From an uncultured Acidobacteriota bacterium (GTDB lineage Bacteria > Acidobacteriota > UBA6911): 64,000 nt of DNA. Below, in pieces: positions 49,419 through 60,114 of the stretch (position 1 is its first letter; each line of letters begins with the position of its first letter). The notes beneath the pieces were generated by a model. It was not told the origin of the DNA. It searched no databases and worked only from the letters and a program-made list of their open reading frames with translations. The position numbers and the translations under genes were made by a program. The stretch is from positions 1,486 to 65,485 of the forward strand of contig CAYYTC010000022.1 in assembly GCA_964474425.1 (NCBI GenBank), read 5' to 3'.

Positions 49419-50162
49419 TCACTGCAGGTAGTGCGAGAGGAAGCGGGAAAGGCTTTCCCTTGCCGTTGATGCATGGTCCCTCCAGTCGCGGAAGGCCCGT
49501 ATCATTCCTTCGCCCATGAGCTTCCTGGCCCGATCCCGAATGCCGGTTGCAGGGTCCGTGGAAAAGGGCGCCAGGAATGTGTCCTCCGCTTCATCGCTGA
49601 TCACCCGCACACAGCTGACCGGGAGCTTTCTGAATACCGCGATACGGGCCAGCGCGGCCGTTTCCATATCCACGACCGAGGCTCCGAATTTGTCGCGGAG
49701 CAGGCGCTTGTGCACGGGATCCCCCAGCACGTAGCGTGAGGTCAGGCCATCTCCGGTGCAGGCGGTGAGGCCGATTGATTGCGCAGATCGGGCAAGATCC
49801 TCGCAATCCGTCAAATCGAATATGCCATCCAATCGGACATGGTCCCAGTCCGGATTTTCCTTTTCCAGACTGAATGCCAGCGACCGTCTGACTGCGACCA
49901 GGTCCCCGAGCTTCAAACCGGCATCCAGGGCACCCGCATAGCCGATTACGAAAACGCGGGAGGGTTTGACTAATTCCAGAGCCCGGTTGAGACTCTCGGC
50001 GGACCGCCTCGGTCCCACACCCGATTTCAGGAAAAGAAACGGCCGATCGCCTCGCTCTGCCTGCCAAAGGCTGGCACCCTGGCAGCGGATCCTTTTCGGA
50101 CTGTGGCAAAGCTCCATCCCGGCTTCCAGTTCATCTTCCATTGCTGCAGCAATCAGTAGCAT
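49419..50162 (-). CDS. Nucleoside phosphorylase family-1 protein (MTA/SAH nucleosidase-like; futalosine hydrolase or HpnG-like)
   Basis: IAAAMEDEL N-terminus and the ...GYAGALD...VVDMETAA motifs of the PNP/UDP-1 family. Confidence 0.6.
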   Translation of the reverse strand: MLLIAAAMEDELEAGMELCHSPKRIRCQGASLWQAERGDRPFLFLKSGVGPRRSAESLNRALELVKPSRVFVIGYAGALDAGLKLGDLVAVRRSLAFSLEKENPDWDHVRLDGIFDLTDCEDLARSAQSIGLTACTGDGLTSRYVLGDPVHKRLLRDKFGASVVDMETAALARIAVFRKLPVSCVRVISDEAEDTFLAPFSTDPATGIRDRARKLMGEGMIRAFRDWRDHASTARESLSRFLSHYLQ

Positions 50163-50359
50163 AGGACATCCAGCTTAGGGCGATTGGCCACCATAAGTAA
50201 AGCCGGGGTTGCCGGGAATTTACGGGCGGGATTCCATGTTTTTTTGAACCTCCTGCAATGCCGTTCAACTCTATAGATTCCTGTCGAGGATAAAGTTGAA
50301 GGAACATCAATTCATCGGCTATATTGGGCATCCGATGATTCCCTGGGAGTGAAACTAAG

Positions 50360-51319
50360 ATGCCGGCGCCAATATTGATCTTCCTGCTTCTGCTCTGCCC
50401 CGGATTCCAGCCTGCTGGAAACCTCGAAGAGGCCGTCCGGCTCTACCACAAGGGAGACTTCAAACAGGCCGCCCAATTGCTGTCCCGGTTGAGCCGCTCG
50501 TTCCCGGAAAATCCCGATTTAAGGTTTTGGCTGGGCAAATCCTACCTGAAAGCCCGGGAATGGAACAACGCGGTCCGGGAAATGGAAAAAGCCGTCGAAC
50601 TGGCTCCGTCCAATGCCCATTACCACCTGTGGCTCGGCCGCGCTTGCGGCGCCCGGGCGTCTCACACGATTTTTTTCAAGGCACTCGGATGGGCTCGCCG
50701 TGTTGTTAAGGAGTTCGAGACTGCCATGAAGCTTGCGCCGGAAGATCTCGACATCCGTTTTGACCTGCTCGACTACTACATCAATGCCCCGGGCATTGTA
50801 GGCGGGGGCAAGGAGAAAGCGGAAGCTCAGGCCAAGGCTATTGCCCAATTGAATCCGAAAAAGGGTTACGTCGCCCGGGCAATGATCTTCGAAGGCAGCA
50901 AAAATCCGGATCTGGCACGAAAAGAGCTGCTCCAGGCAACCATCGATCATCCCGGCGACGCCGACGCGCACAAAGACCTGGCCGATTTCCTCCTCGCCAG
51001 GAAGGATTTTGAAGGCGCCCTGGTTCATGCTCAGAGGGCGCTGGCGCTGGACAGCGTCTCGAAGCGCACGAGGCTTATGCTGGCTGCGGCCAGGATCCGG
51101 CTGCGCTCGAATCTGGAGGAGGCCGGAAAAGCCTTGCAGGAGCTTGCCGCAGAGCCGCTGCGCGACGAGGATCCGGCATTTGAGGAGGTTTACGGCTGGC
51201 TGGGAGAATTTTTTCTCGCAAAGGGCGACAACACCAAAGCACGCGAGACATTCCAATCGGCACTTGCCTTCAATCCTGAATACGAGCCGGCCAAGGACGG
51301 GATTTCCCGGCTGCGATAA
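50360..51319 (+). CDS. Secreted tetratricopeptide-repeat protein
   Basis: Signal peptide, then several TPR-like helical pairs. Confidence 0.65.
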   Translation: MPAPILIFLLLLCPGFQPAGNLEEAVRLYHKGDFKQAAQLLSRLSRSFPENPDLRFWLGKSYLKAREWNNAVREMEKAVELAPSNAHYHLWLGRACGARASHTIFFKALGWARRVVKEFETAMKLAPEDLDIRFDLLDYYINAPGIVGGGKEKAEAQAKAIAQLNPKKGYVARAMIFEGSKNPDLARKELLQATIDHPGDADAHKDLADFLLARKDFEGALVHAQRALALDSVSKRTRLMLAAARIRLRSNLEEAGKALQELAAEPLRDEDPAFEEVYGWLGEFFLAKGDNTKARETFQSALAFNPEYEPAKDGISRLR

Positions 51320-51348
51320 CAGACTCAAACCGGCTGAGGATTTCGTAT

Positions 51349-52680
51349 ATGACCAAACTATCGAGATTGTTGACGGTAATCTTCACCATTTTATATCCCT
51401 GCGCCGGGACGGCTTTTGCGTCCGATCGTGCAGGGATGTCTCCCAATCCCGAAACCATAGGGTTGACGGTTCAGCAGGCGGTGCAAAGGACGCTGTCTCG
51501 TTCCCCCGATGTATTGCTGGCCGAAGCCCAGACGCTTCGCGCCGCCGAGGCTTTGCGCGAAAGCCGCTCGCTGAAGAAGCCCCAGTTGGTTACCGGAACC
51601 GGTCTGGCATACAATAACGGCTACCCGCTGAGCATGGAAGGAGCCGCCCCATCGATCTTTCAGATCGGGGCGAGCCAGTCTATCTTCAGCAAACGAAACA
51701 ACAATCTCATCCGCGAAGCCGAGGAATCCGGGAAAGCCAGCCGGCTTGGCGCGGAGTCCATTCGCAACGAAATGGCCGCGAAAACCGCCCTGGTGTACTG
51801 CGAGCTTTACAGATCGCGCCAACTCGGCATTCTTGCATCTGTGCGGCTGGACGCAGCCAGGAAAGAACAGGAGCGTCTGGAAATTCTCCTCGCTGCCGGC
51901 AAAGTGCGTCCCGTTGATGTGACTCTGGCCAGGGCCGGCGCATCCTTGGCGCAACAGCAACTCCTGGTGGCGCACGAAGACGCCGGTGTGACCGAAGCCG
52001 AGCTCAAGTCTTTGACCGGTTTGGATGAAACCGTTTCGATCGATCTCGCTGAGCCCCGGATCGAAAGCCCGGTTTTTGCTGCGTCCGCAGAGGCGCTCTA
52101 TCAGCAAGCGCTGGAGCTCGCGCCGGAAATCCTTCAGGCTGAATCCAACATCCGGGCGAAGGAATTCCACCTTGAAGCCGAAAGAGGCGGAAGGTTGCCG
52201 CAGATGGACATCATCGGCCAGTATGCCCTGTTCAGCAAGACCAACAATTACGACGACTTTTTCAACCGCTTCACGAGAAACAATTTTCTGATCGGGCTTT
52301 CCCTGCAGGTGCCCATTTTCGACGGATCGCGCGTCAGCGCAAGGGTGGCTCAGAGCCGGCAGGAAATTTCCGAGGCTCGTTACCGGCTGCAGCGTCTGCA
52401 GTCGGACCTGAGGATGAGCATCCAGCGCAGCCTGAGCGCCTTGCGCGTCGCCCGCGGGGCATACGATCTTGCCCTCCAGGACCTGGAAGCCTCCCGCGAA
52501 ATGGTCCGGATCAGCGAAACACTGATGGAAGCCGGCCGGATCGAACCCAAAGAGCTGGAAGAATCCCGTGTTCAGATGCGGCAAAAGGAGCAGGCGCTGC
52601 TCGAGGCCGATCTATCGGTGACCGAACGCAAGCTGGAACTGCTCCGCACCATCGGCTCCGCCGGTTCAGCGCTCCGCTAG
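51349..52680 (+). CDS. TolC-family outer membrane efflux protein
   Basis: Signal peptide. Two-repeat OEP architecture with coiled-coil/beta segments. Confidence 0.8.
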   Translation: MTKLSRLLTVIFTILYPCAGTAFASDRAGMSPNPETIGLTVQQAVQRTLSRSPDVLLAEAQTLRAAEALRESRSLKKPQLVTGTGLAYNNGYPLSMEGAAPSIFQIGASQSIFSKRNNNLIREAEESGKASRLGAESIRNEMAAKTALVYCELYRSRQLGILASVRLDAARKEQERLEILLAAGKVRPVDVTLARAGASLAQQQLLVAHEDAGVTEAELKSLTGLDETVSIDLAEPRIESPVFAASAEALYQQALELAPEILQAESNIRAKEFHLEAERGGRLPQMDIIGQYALFSKTNNYDDFFNRFTRNNFLIGLSLQVPIFDGSRVSARVAQSRQEISEARYRLQRLQSDLRMSIQRSLSALRVARGAYDLALQDLEASREMVRISETLMEAGRIEPKELEESRVQMRQKEQALLEADLSVTERKLELLRTIGSAGSALR

Positions 52681-52776
52681 TTTGGCATTTGGAGGCATGG
52701 TTTCGAGGATAGGCAGCGCTGACCGCCATGAATAAGCGCCCGCGCAACTTGTACGCGCAGGCCCGCCCACTCAAAT

Positions 52777-53025
52777 TCAGGCCCCGATCTGCGCAGGCAG
52801 GCTGCATTGAAAAGCCGGAGCCACGTGGGAATACCAGGGCCAAACGGTTTCGTTGGAGTGGCAATTGTAACAGGAGCGGCGCAGCAGGGACCGGACCTCG
52901 GGATCAGCCGTGAGATCGGACTGAACCGGAGGGTTGGACCTTTCAGGCCGTATCGTCTGCAACAGGAGAAAAACCGCCACAAGAACCAGGGCGGTTATCC
53001 CGGTCCTTTTGCGAACAATGCTCAT
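52777..53025 (-). CDS. Small membrane-anchored heme-binding-domain (Haem_bd-like) protein, possibly C-terminally truncated
   Basis: TM anchor, then RRSCYNCHSNETVWPWYSHVAP. The ORF stops shortly after, where homologs continue (expected ...SWLV.HDV.EGR...). Confidence 0.4.
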   Translation of the reverse strand: MSIVRKRTGITALVLVAVFLLLQTIRPERSNPPVQSDLTADPEVRSLLRRSCYNCHSNETVWPWYSHVAPAFQCSLPAQIGA

Positions 53026-53223
53026 GTTCCCTCCCCTGAAGCCTGGAGAAACAGCATTTGTGCCAGGGTGTGACCCTAGGATACATTCCCGCTTTGAGGC
53101 CTGCAAACCTTTCTTTGAACTTCCGAGTCCCTGACACAAAGACCATTCAAACTCGGGCTTCCGCCTTCGAATGCCGGCCGCATCGATATATACTGGATTC
53201 GGCATATTCCGGGAGAAATGCTA

Positions 53224-54950
53224 TGGATGCAAAGCAAAAAAAATGTCTGGCCGGCATTGCTATACTCATAATCCTTGCCTGGCTGATTTCTCCTCTGCTA
53301 TTTTCCAGCCGTGAGCCGGCTCTCCCCCTAAGTCAGGAGCCTCCGGCATTCGATGCATCGCAGGCGTACCAGGCGACCGGGAAATTCGTCACTGAAAACC
53401 CCCGGAGGCTTCTCGGCAGTCTCGAATCCCGTCAATCCACCGGTTTCCTTCACGACCGCCTTGAGGAGCTGGGGTACGAGGTCGGCTACTCCCATTTTGA
53501 TGCACGCATAGGCAGGCGCAAAGAGGCCGGCAGGAACATCCTGGCTTACAGGCAGGGCCTGAATCCCGAAATTCTGGCCCTGGAAGCGCATTTCGATACC
53601 GCCAGAACCACGGTTCAGGGCGCGATGAAAAACGGCGCCGCGGTGGGTGTGCTCCTGGAAATGGCTCGAGTGCTGGCCGCAAAGCCGACGCGCAGAAGTC
53701 TGCTGCTCATTCTCAGCGACGGCGGCGAATGGGGGATGGCGGGAGCACAGGACATCGCCGGGAATTATCCTCAACGCGACCGAATCGCGGCCGTCCTCTC
53801 TCTGGATTATGTGGCTGCCGGAGATCTGGCGGCTTTCAGCCTGGAGGAGTCCGGTCAGTTGAAAGGCTATTCCCCTCCCTGGCTGCGCACGCTTGCCCGG
53901 CAGGCCGCCGAATCTCAGGGTTTGCCGGTCCTCGAGCCATCAGGATTTCGAGAACACCTCGAACGCGCGCTGCTTATCTCCCGGGCGGATCAGGGTCCAT
54001 TCCTGAAAGCGGGCATCCCGGCCATAAACCTGGGGAGCCGATCCGTCGATCGGGCGCGGGAACGCGCTATTTACCACACGGAGCAGGATACTCTTGAAAA
54101 CCTGAAAACCGGCAGCATCCAAAAATATGGGGAAGTGGCCGAAAGGATAATGAGAGCGATGGATGAAAGCCCATCCATCCCGCGCGAATCCATGGAACCC
54201 CTCAGGCTGTGGGGCTCTTTGTTCCTGGCTCCAGAGACAATCGCTGCGCTTCAGTGGCTTTCCTTTGTGCCGCTTCCGGTCGTCTTTTATTTCCATTTGA
54301 AAAACCATCGAAAGCGTCTGAGCTTGATCCTGATCGGACGGGAGCTGCTTGCAGCGCTGGGTACGGCCGTGCCTTTTCTGATCGTTTACTTTTCCATCGG
54401 CCTGTTCCGCGCCGCCCGCCGGCTTCCCCTGTACAACCTCTATCCGGCGACGGCCAGGGATCCCGTGCTGGAAAATCCTCCCTGGGGCATCCTGGGGGGC
54501 ATTTGGGGGACAGCCCTGCTTGTTGCGATCCTATGCTATATCGTGGCGAAGCTCTCATTCCGGAGCCTGCCCCGGCCTGACTTTCATATCTCCAAACTCG
54601 CCCTGCTGGGTCTGCTGATCCTCACTGCAGGCCTGGCTCTGGCATACGATGCCTATTGGGCGTTTTCTTTCCTTATTCTTCCCGCCTGGATTTGGGCCCT
54701 TGTCGGCTGGAGCGGACGGTTGCAGGGTCGGGCGCTGAACTGGATCCTGATCCTGGCAGCGGGAACCCCCTGTTATGTTGCTTTGTCGACAATGGCCTCC
54801 GGGCTATTCATGAAATGGAATTTTGTCTGGTACCACGCGCTTGCTTTGCACACGGGGCTTTTCACGCCGGCAGGCTATTTTCTGGCTGTGGCAACCTTAG
54901 TCATCGGTCTGCGATTCATGGCCATACAAAATCATCGCCCGGGAATTTAG
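53224..54950 (+). CDS. M28-family peptidase with a polytopic C-terminal membrane domain
   Basis: M28 metal-ligand regions (EAHFDT; LSDGGEWGMAGAQ). ~6 C-terminal TM helices. Confidence 0.65.
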
Positions 54951-55469
54951 CCATTGCCGGCAATCCTTCGGCCCGAGGCTTATTTCTGCAAATACAGAGG
55001 TGAGTATCCTCCGGCAATGCCCTGACTGTTGCCCACACGTGACACTGTGGCCGTGTCCCAACCTTCCTTCTTCCTTCCCTCATGCATTCAGCCCCAACGG
55101 GGCTGAGTCCCAAAGCCCAGGGTTGACCGCAAAAAGCGCGGTCAACCCTGGGCCCTGGGACGTAACGCCTTCGGCGTAGAATGTGGCAAGCAAACCGCAG
55201 CCGGCAGGCTGCCTGAACCTAATTTCATCCGGAAATAAAAGCAGCCTGCCCACAGTGTCAAGTGTGTCCCGCAGTCAGGGCAAATCCGGAGGCTTTACGG
55301 TGGCCGGCCGCTCAATGGGGCCGTATTGCAGCCGATAAAGGATTAATCCGGCTTTCTGCTCCGAAAATAGCGAAGCTGATGAATCCGTTACACCCTTCAT
55401 TCACCAAATTGAGCGTCGGCGAAGCCGATTTTCATGCGCTTGGGTGCGCCTCGGGCGCATGGAGGACTG

Positions 55470-55710
55470 TCGCGAAACTCAGAATTTAGGCCCGGAGGGT
55501 GGCAGGCACTCGACCCGGCCGTCAGGCCGGGCTTATGGGTGAATAGGAAATGAACGCCAAAGGCGCGGCACAAATTGTTCGGGTCATTGGTTTTAGTGTC
55601 GCCCCTTCGGGGCTTTCTATTTTCCTAATCCTACCCCCGGGCTCGCGCCCAGGGCCATTTTCTGTCGGCCCTCCGGGCCTGGATGTCGCATTTCGCGACA
55701 GAACCTAATT
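55470..55710. mobile_element. Degenerate second copy of the MITE-like element (same TIR family as 6407..6704)
   Basis: Left end ctgtcgcgaaact (55477-) and right end atttcgcgacagaacctaattg (55693-). Palindrome-rich interior (cccggccgtcaggccggg; gcccc ttcg ggggc). Confidence 0.5.
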
Positions 55711-56547
55711 GGGGGCTGAGACGATGCCGCGAAGCATTCGGATGTGATTGCTTATGTAGGTAGCGTCTTCGGGCGCCGGCGCATGCGCCAGGTAATACTC
55801 AAGATCGGCCAAAGCCCTGGCAAACAAGCTCGTCTGCATATACAACACCCCCCGGTCGCGGATTTCGGAACATGTCCCGGGATTGAGCATGAGGATTTTG
55901 TCTATTACGGAGATGGCCTTGTAATAGTGCTCCCGCTGGGTATAGATGCCCTTGAGGTTGTACAGCATGCGCGTGAGGATCGCTCTCTTGCCCATCGGCT
56001 GGAAGAGTGCCGGGTTTACGGAGACCGTGCCCTCGGAGGTCTTGTCCAGAATCTCCTGGCACTCGTTGCGCGTCAGGATCCGACCGAGCCCGAACGGATC
56101 GATGATGATTTCGCGATCGTTGAAAACATGTTTGACCAGAAAGTGCCCCGGGAAACCGATTCCTTCGACTTCAAAGGCCACACGTCTGGCAATTTCCATA
56201 TAAATGATGGAAAGCGAAATCGGAATTCCCATTTTGCGGTCGAGGACTTCATTCAAATAACTGTTTCTTGGATCGTAGTAATCCTCAGTGTTGCCGCGCA
56301 ATCCCTCCTGCACAAAAAGCGCTTCGTTGATGCTTTCGATGACGTTAACGGGCCTTCGGTCAATCCCCACCAACGCCTCCACACGGGCAGCAAGCGTATC
56401 GAGCCGGCGCAGGTAATGCAGGATATTGAGGTCCGGGTACTCCTCCAGCGCCATTGTGAAAGCTGCCCGGTCAAGGAACAGGGTGTCTTCGTCCAGGGCG
56501 GCGATCTCAGAGAAGAATTGTCGGGCCTTAATGGTTTCGAGTATCAC
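55705..56547 (-). CDS. Transglutaminase-like/SirB1-family (UPF0162) protein
   Basis: SirB1-like N-terminal domain plus TPR-like C-terminal end. GTG start overlaps the upstream TGA stop (GTGA). Confidence 0.5.
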   Translation of the reverse strand: MILETIKARQFFSEIAALDEDTLFLDRAAFTMALEEYPDLNILHYLRRLDTLAARVEALVGIDRRPVNVIESINEALFVQEGLRGNTEDYYDPRNSYLNEVLDRKMGIPISLSIIYMEIARRVAFEVEGIGFPGHFLVKHVFNDREIIIDPFGLGRILTRNECQEILDKTSEGTVSVNPALFQPMGKRAILTRMLYNLKGIYTQREHYYKAISVIDKILMLNPGTCSEIRDRGVLYMQTSLFARALADLEYYLAHAPAPEDATYISNHIRMLRGIVSAPN

Positions 56548-57233
56548 ACCGGTTCCCCGAAGAGAGCTTGCAGGCTGTCCAGCTGAACTTCTTCCAGAGA
56601 TGCCGCGATTCTGTCCGCGGCGCTCAGCTTGTCGCGGGGGTAGCTGTTGCTGATTGCCAGGCAGACCATCCCGGCCGCCTGCGCGCCCTTTACGCCGCCG
56701 ACAGAGTCTTCTATTACCAGGCATTCACCGGGCAGTATGGCGGGCAGCCGGCCCATTTTTGCATTCAGCCGTTCCAGCGCCAGGAGGAAACTTTCCGGGT
56801 GTGGTTTTCCCCGGGAAAAATCCTCGGCGGCCACGATAACGGTAAAATAGCCGCTCAACCCGACGGCATCCAGTGTTGCCTCGATCTCTTCCCTGCGCGC
56901 GCCCGAGGCCATGGCCAGGGGATAGCGCTGCCCTGCAGCCCTTATAAATCGGACAGCGCCTGGAAACAGCGGGAAATGATTCTGCAGCAGCCGATTGTAT
57001 ATCCTGACCTTGCTCTCCAGCGCCTTTTTTCGTTTCCCCTCGTCCAGCGGGACATGATTGTCCCGGCAGACGGCTTGCAGGCATGCGGCGTCATCCATCG
57101 GCAGATATCTATCCCAGTATGCCTCGCGCGTGAGATCGATGCCGAATTCAGCTACGGCATCCCGCATTGCGGCAAAGTGGAGCGGTTCATCATCGAGGAT
57201 GACACCGTTAAAATCGAAAATAATGGCTTTGAG
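56544..57233 (-). CDS. HAD-family hydrolase (beta-phosphoglucomutase/phosphatase-like)
   Basis: AIIFDFNGVILD (DxD motif I); motif II S/T; ...K...; EDSVGG motif IV. Confidence 0.8.
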   Translation of the reverse strand, partial: LKAIIFDFNGVILDDEPLHFAAMRDAVAEFGIDLTREAYWDRYLPMDDAACLQAVCRDNHVPLDEGKRKKALESKVRIYNRLLQNHFPLFPGAVRFIRAAGQRYPLAMASGARREEIEATLDAVGLSGYFTVIVAAEDFSRGKPHPESFLLALERLNAKMGRLPAILPGECLVIEDSVGGVKGAQAAGMVCLAISNSYPRDKLSAADRIAASLEEVQLDSLQALFGEPV

Positions 57234-57298
57234 CATCGGTCGCATACCCGGGAGCCAGGAAATCTGTTTCCGTGTCAGAATTATGGATAGGGCTGAGT

Positions 57299-58165
57299 CT
57301 AGGGAATTTCAGCCTTCAGGGGAGATCGCAGCTTGAATTCAAGGATGGTCTCCGCCGGAATCCTCAGAACCTCTCCTTTTGTCAAAACCTGGACTCCTGT
57401 ACCGACCGCTGCGCCCGATGCCGCTCCAACGGCCGCTCCTGTACCGCCTCCGGCAATAGCCCCGATAATCGCTCCCAGGGCAGCGGTGCCGCCCACGGTC
57501 GCCGCGGTCCGCTTCCCCCGGGATGATCCCACCTCCTGGTAGTCGGACGTTCGCAACATATACGACCGGCCGCCTGCAACCAGGTCTGTAAGTTCAAGAA
57601 TCAATTGAGGTTGCCCGGATATTTTCCCCGACTCCCTGGCATAGGCTATCTTACCCTTAACGGTAGTGCCGCGGGGGAAAACTGTCCTCTCCTCTGCAAC
57701 CAGTGCCTCATCCAGGGATGCATCAAAAATATCGCCGACTCTATTACGTTCCGTATCAATTTCGGCCGAAGTTCTTATTACCAGGATTGTTCCCTCAGGG
57801 AAAGTCGCCTCGGAGCCCGATATGAAGGCCCGCGGCGCCTCGCGCTCAGCGGCCGGGAGTTGCTTCTGGGATTCGGCAGCAGCCGGTTCCGTCTGAACAG
57901 GAATATCTGGAGCAGGCGCGGGCTGGATGGAAGCTGAACCGCCGGGCTCCGAATCCTTGAAAATAATGCGGTCAATTTCGGAAATGCCGAAGCTTTCTAT
58001 CCTGCCCAGAATCCTAAAATCAACGGTCACTGAATCCCCGCGCACGAACTTGCCCGAGTATGTGGTGCCATCTTTGAGTATGATTTGGTCCGCCAGGGCG
58101 GCTGCCGCTGAGAAGCCGACAAGCATGCATGTTAAAAACAAACATATCTTATATTTAGACTTCAT
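57299..58165 (-). CDS. Secreted hypothetical protein with a C-terminal glycine-zipper segment
   Basis: Signal peptide. Pro/Ala-rich linker. C-terminal [31 protein letters not shown]. Confidence 0.45.
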   Translation of the reverse strand: MKSKYKICLFLTCMLVGFSAAAALADQIILKDGTTYSGKFVRGDSVTVDFRILGRIESFGISEIDRIIFKDSEPGGSASIQPAPAPDIPVQTEPAAAESQKQLPAAEREAPRAFISGSEATFPEGTILVIRTSAEIDTERNRVGDIFDASLDEALVAEERTVFPRGTTVKGKIAYARESGKISGQPQLILELTDLVAGGRSYMLRTSDYQEVGSSRGKRTAATVGGTAALGAIIGAIAGGGTGAAVGAASGAAVGTGVQVLTKGEVLRIPAETILEFKLRSPLKAEIP

Positions 58166-58271
58166 TGCCGTTCTCCCTTCATCGGACGGATGCACACCCA
58201 AAAACGGATCCGCCGTTCCAAATGACAATGAATAAAGTTAGCGCCGATAGGGAAAAAATTCAAACTCCGAA

Positions 58272-58763
58272 TCAACGGCCACTATCTTCTTCGGCTTTTG
58301 AGGGAGGGTAGCCGAGAAATCCGTAGCGAAGGATCTTGACTTTTACCATCCTTCTGCCGAATTCCCTGCACATGTCGTAGTTTGGTATGAAAATGTCGAT
58401 GATTTTGCCTTTGATCAGCTCACCCGTATCCAGCGCCTGATAGATTCCACCCATGAGCGGCGAATCCACATAGATTATAGAACCCAGCGGTATGACCTTC
58501 GGATCGGAGGCGACGCGGCCGGGAGCTGCGGCCGCACCCGATCTGGTAATTCCCGTAACGCAATATGCCGTCGCCTGGAATTCCTCCTGACCTCCGGAGG
58601 CAATCGATGATTTCGATATATCATTGTAATAAAATGGTTTATCAGTAATCTTGTTGCATTCGCGATGAGCGAAATGGATGATTCCTGCGAAGCCGGCAAT
58701 GATAAGTGCGGTCCTCAGAAACGAAATTCGCTTCCGCAAAATTACCTTTTTTATGTCTAACAC
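58272..58763 (-). CDS. 3D-domain (MltA-like) protein, membrane anchored
   Basis: ATAYCVTGITRSG...DPKVIPLGS...DTGELIKGKIIDIF is the 3D-domain signature. Confidence 0.7.
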   Translation of the reverse strand: MLDIKKVILRKRISFLRTALIIAGFAGIIHFAHRECNKITDKPFYYNDISKSSIASGGQEEFQATAYCVTGITRSGAAAAPGRVASDPKVIPLGSIIYVDSPLMGGIYQALDTGELIKGKIIDIFIPNYDMCREFGRRMVKVKILRYGFLGYPPSKAEEDSGR

Positions 58764-59090
58764 AGATCCTCCTCACGCAAAACGGTACTTCCCCATTTCG
58801 GGCAGAAGATTAACGACTAATTTCAAGTAAGGCTAAAGAGGTGGGGAAAAAGAGACGTCTGCGCCAACAGCACACAGGGGATCGGGCATAAAAACGTCTC
58901 TCGGGTGTCGCTCGGCATGGAAAAAGGCTAGCAATTAGGAACCACCCCGGTCAATAGCTTTTTTTCAGGCAGGGAAGGGCTCAAAATGGGCCCTAATGAC
59001 CGGAATCTTTCATCGGATTACAGCAAGCCTTGCCGTACGGGGGAAGTATTCAATACGCTTCTATGGTATCCTCTAATGGAGCGCCATTTT

Positions 59091-59453
59091 ATGCATGAAT
59101 TGGGCATCGCGCAAAATATACTTGAGATCGTCCGGCAGGCCGTGCCGGACGAGCAAAAAGCTGCGGTCCGGAAGATCCGTATAAGAGTGGGGCAGCTTTC
59201 CGGAATTGTCCCCGATTCGCTCGATTTCTGTTTCAGCGTCATGCTGAATGAATCGCGGATGCCGAAGGCCAGGCTTGCCATTGAAGAGGTGCCGACGATT
59301 TCCCGGTGCAGGGATTGCGCGCACCGGTTCCAAATCGAAGATATGGCGTTTCTATGCCCGGCATGCAAAAGCACGAATCTCGAACTCGTTTCCGGCAGAG
59401 AACTGGAGGTTGTGGAAATCGAGCTCGCGGACGACCGCGACGAGGCTATATGA
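59091..59453 (+). CDS. hypA: Hydrogenase nickel insertion metallochaperone HypA
   Basis: MHELGIAQNILEIV N-terminus and the C-terminal CxxC...CxxC zinc site. Confidence 0.85.
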   Translation: MHELGIAQNILEIVRQAVPDEQKAAVRKIRIRVGQLSGIVPDSLDFCFSVMLNESRMPKARLAIEEVPTISRCRDCAHRFQIEDMAFLCPACKSTNLELVSGRELEVVEIELADDRDEAI

Positions 59454-60106
59454 GCATAATTACGATCGAGCGTAAAGTATTGGAAAAGAATGATGAAATC
59501 GCCCAACGGAACCGCGCGTTTTACCGTGATCGCGGGATTTTTGTATTGAATCTCGTGAGTTCGCCGGGGGCGGGCAAAACCAGCATCCTGGAGAAAACTT
59601 TCCAGGAACTCAGGAATTCCATGAGCATCGCCGTCATTGAAGGCGACGTTCAAACCGATCTCGATGCCCGGCGCGTGGCTCAATACGGAGTTCCCGTCGT
59701 GCAGATCGTCACCATGGGAGGTTGCCACCTCGAGGCGAAGCTTGTCGAGGATGCCATGGAAAGTCTGGATTTGGAGAAAGTGGACCTTCTTTTTATTGAA
59801 AATGTGGGCAATCTGGTTTGCCCTGCCGGGTATGACCTCGGCGAGGCAATCAAAGTGGTGGTTTTAAGCACAACTGAAGGAGACGACAAACCGCTGAAAT
59901 ACCCCGCAATGTTCCGCAATTCCTCCATATTAATCATCAATAAGACGGATCTGATACCTTATGTGAAATGCAATCTGGACGAACTGAAAAAAAACGCTCT
60001 GCAGATCAACCCGACGCTTCGAATCTTCGAAATCTCATGTTTCACCGGAGCCGGAATCCCGGAATGGTGCGACTGGCTGCGGAAAAAGGATGCCTCAGGG
60101 CTGTGA
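59450..60106 (+). CDS. hypB: Hydrogenase maturation GTPase HypB
   Basis: P-loop SSPGAGKTS. HypB/UreG-family core. The ATG overlaps the hypA stop (ATGA). No His-rich N-terminal stretch. Confidence 0.85.
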   Translation: MSIITIERKVLEKNDEIAQRNRAFYRDRGIFVLNLVSSPGAGKTSILEKTFQELRNSMSIAVIEGDVQTDLDARRVAQYGVPVVQIVTMGGCHLEAKLVEDAMESLDLEKVDLLFIENVGNLVCPAGYDLGEAIKVVVLSTTEGDDKPLKYPAMFRNSSILIINKTDLIPYVKCNLDELKKNALQINPTLRIFEISCFTGAGIPEWCDWLRKKDASGL

Positions 60107-60114
60107 TCCAAAGA

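Noticed and set aside
55744-56586. 280-aa + strand ORF
   Set aside because: It is antisense to the transglutaminase-like/SirB1 gene. The C/R/G-rich composition is an artefact.
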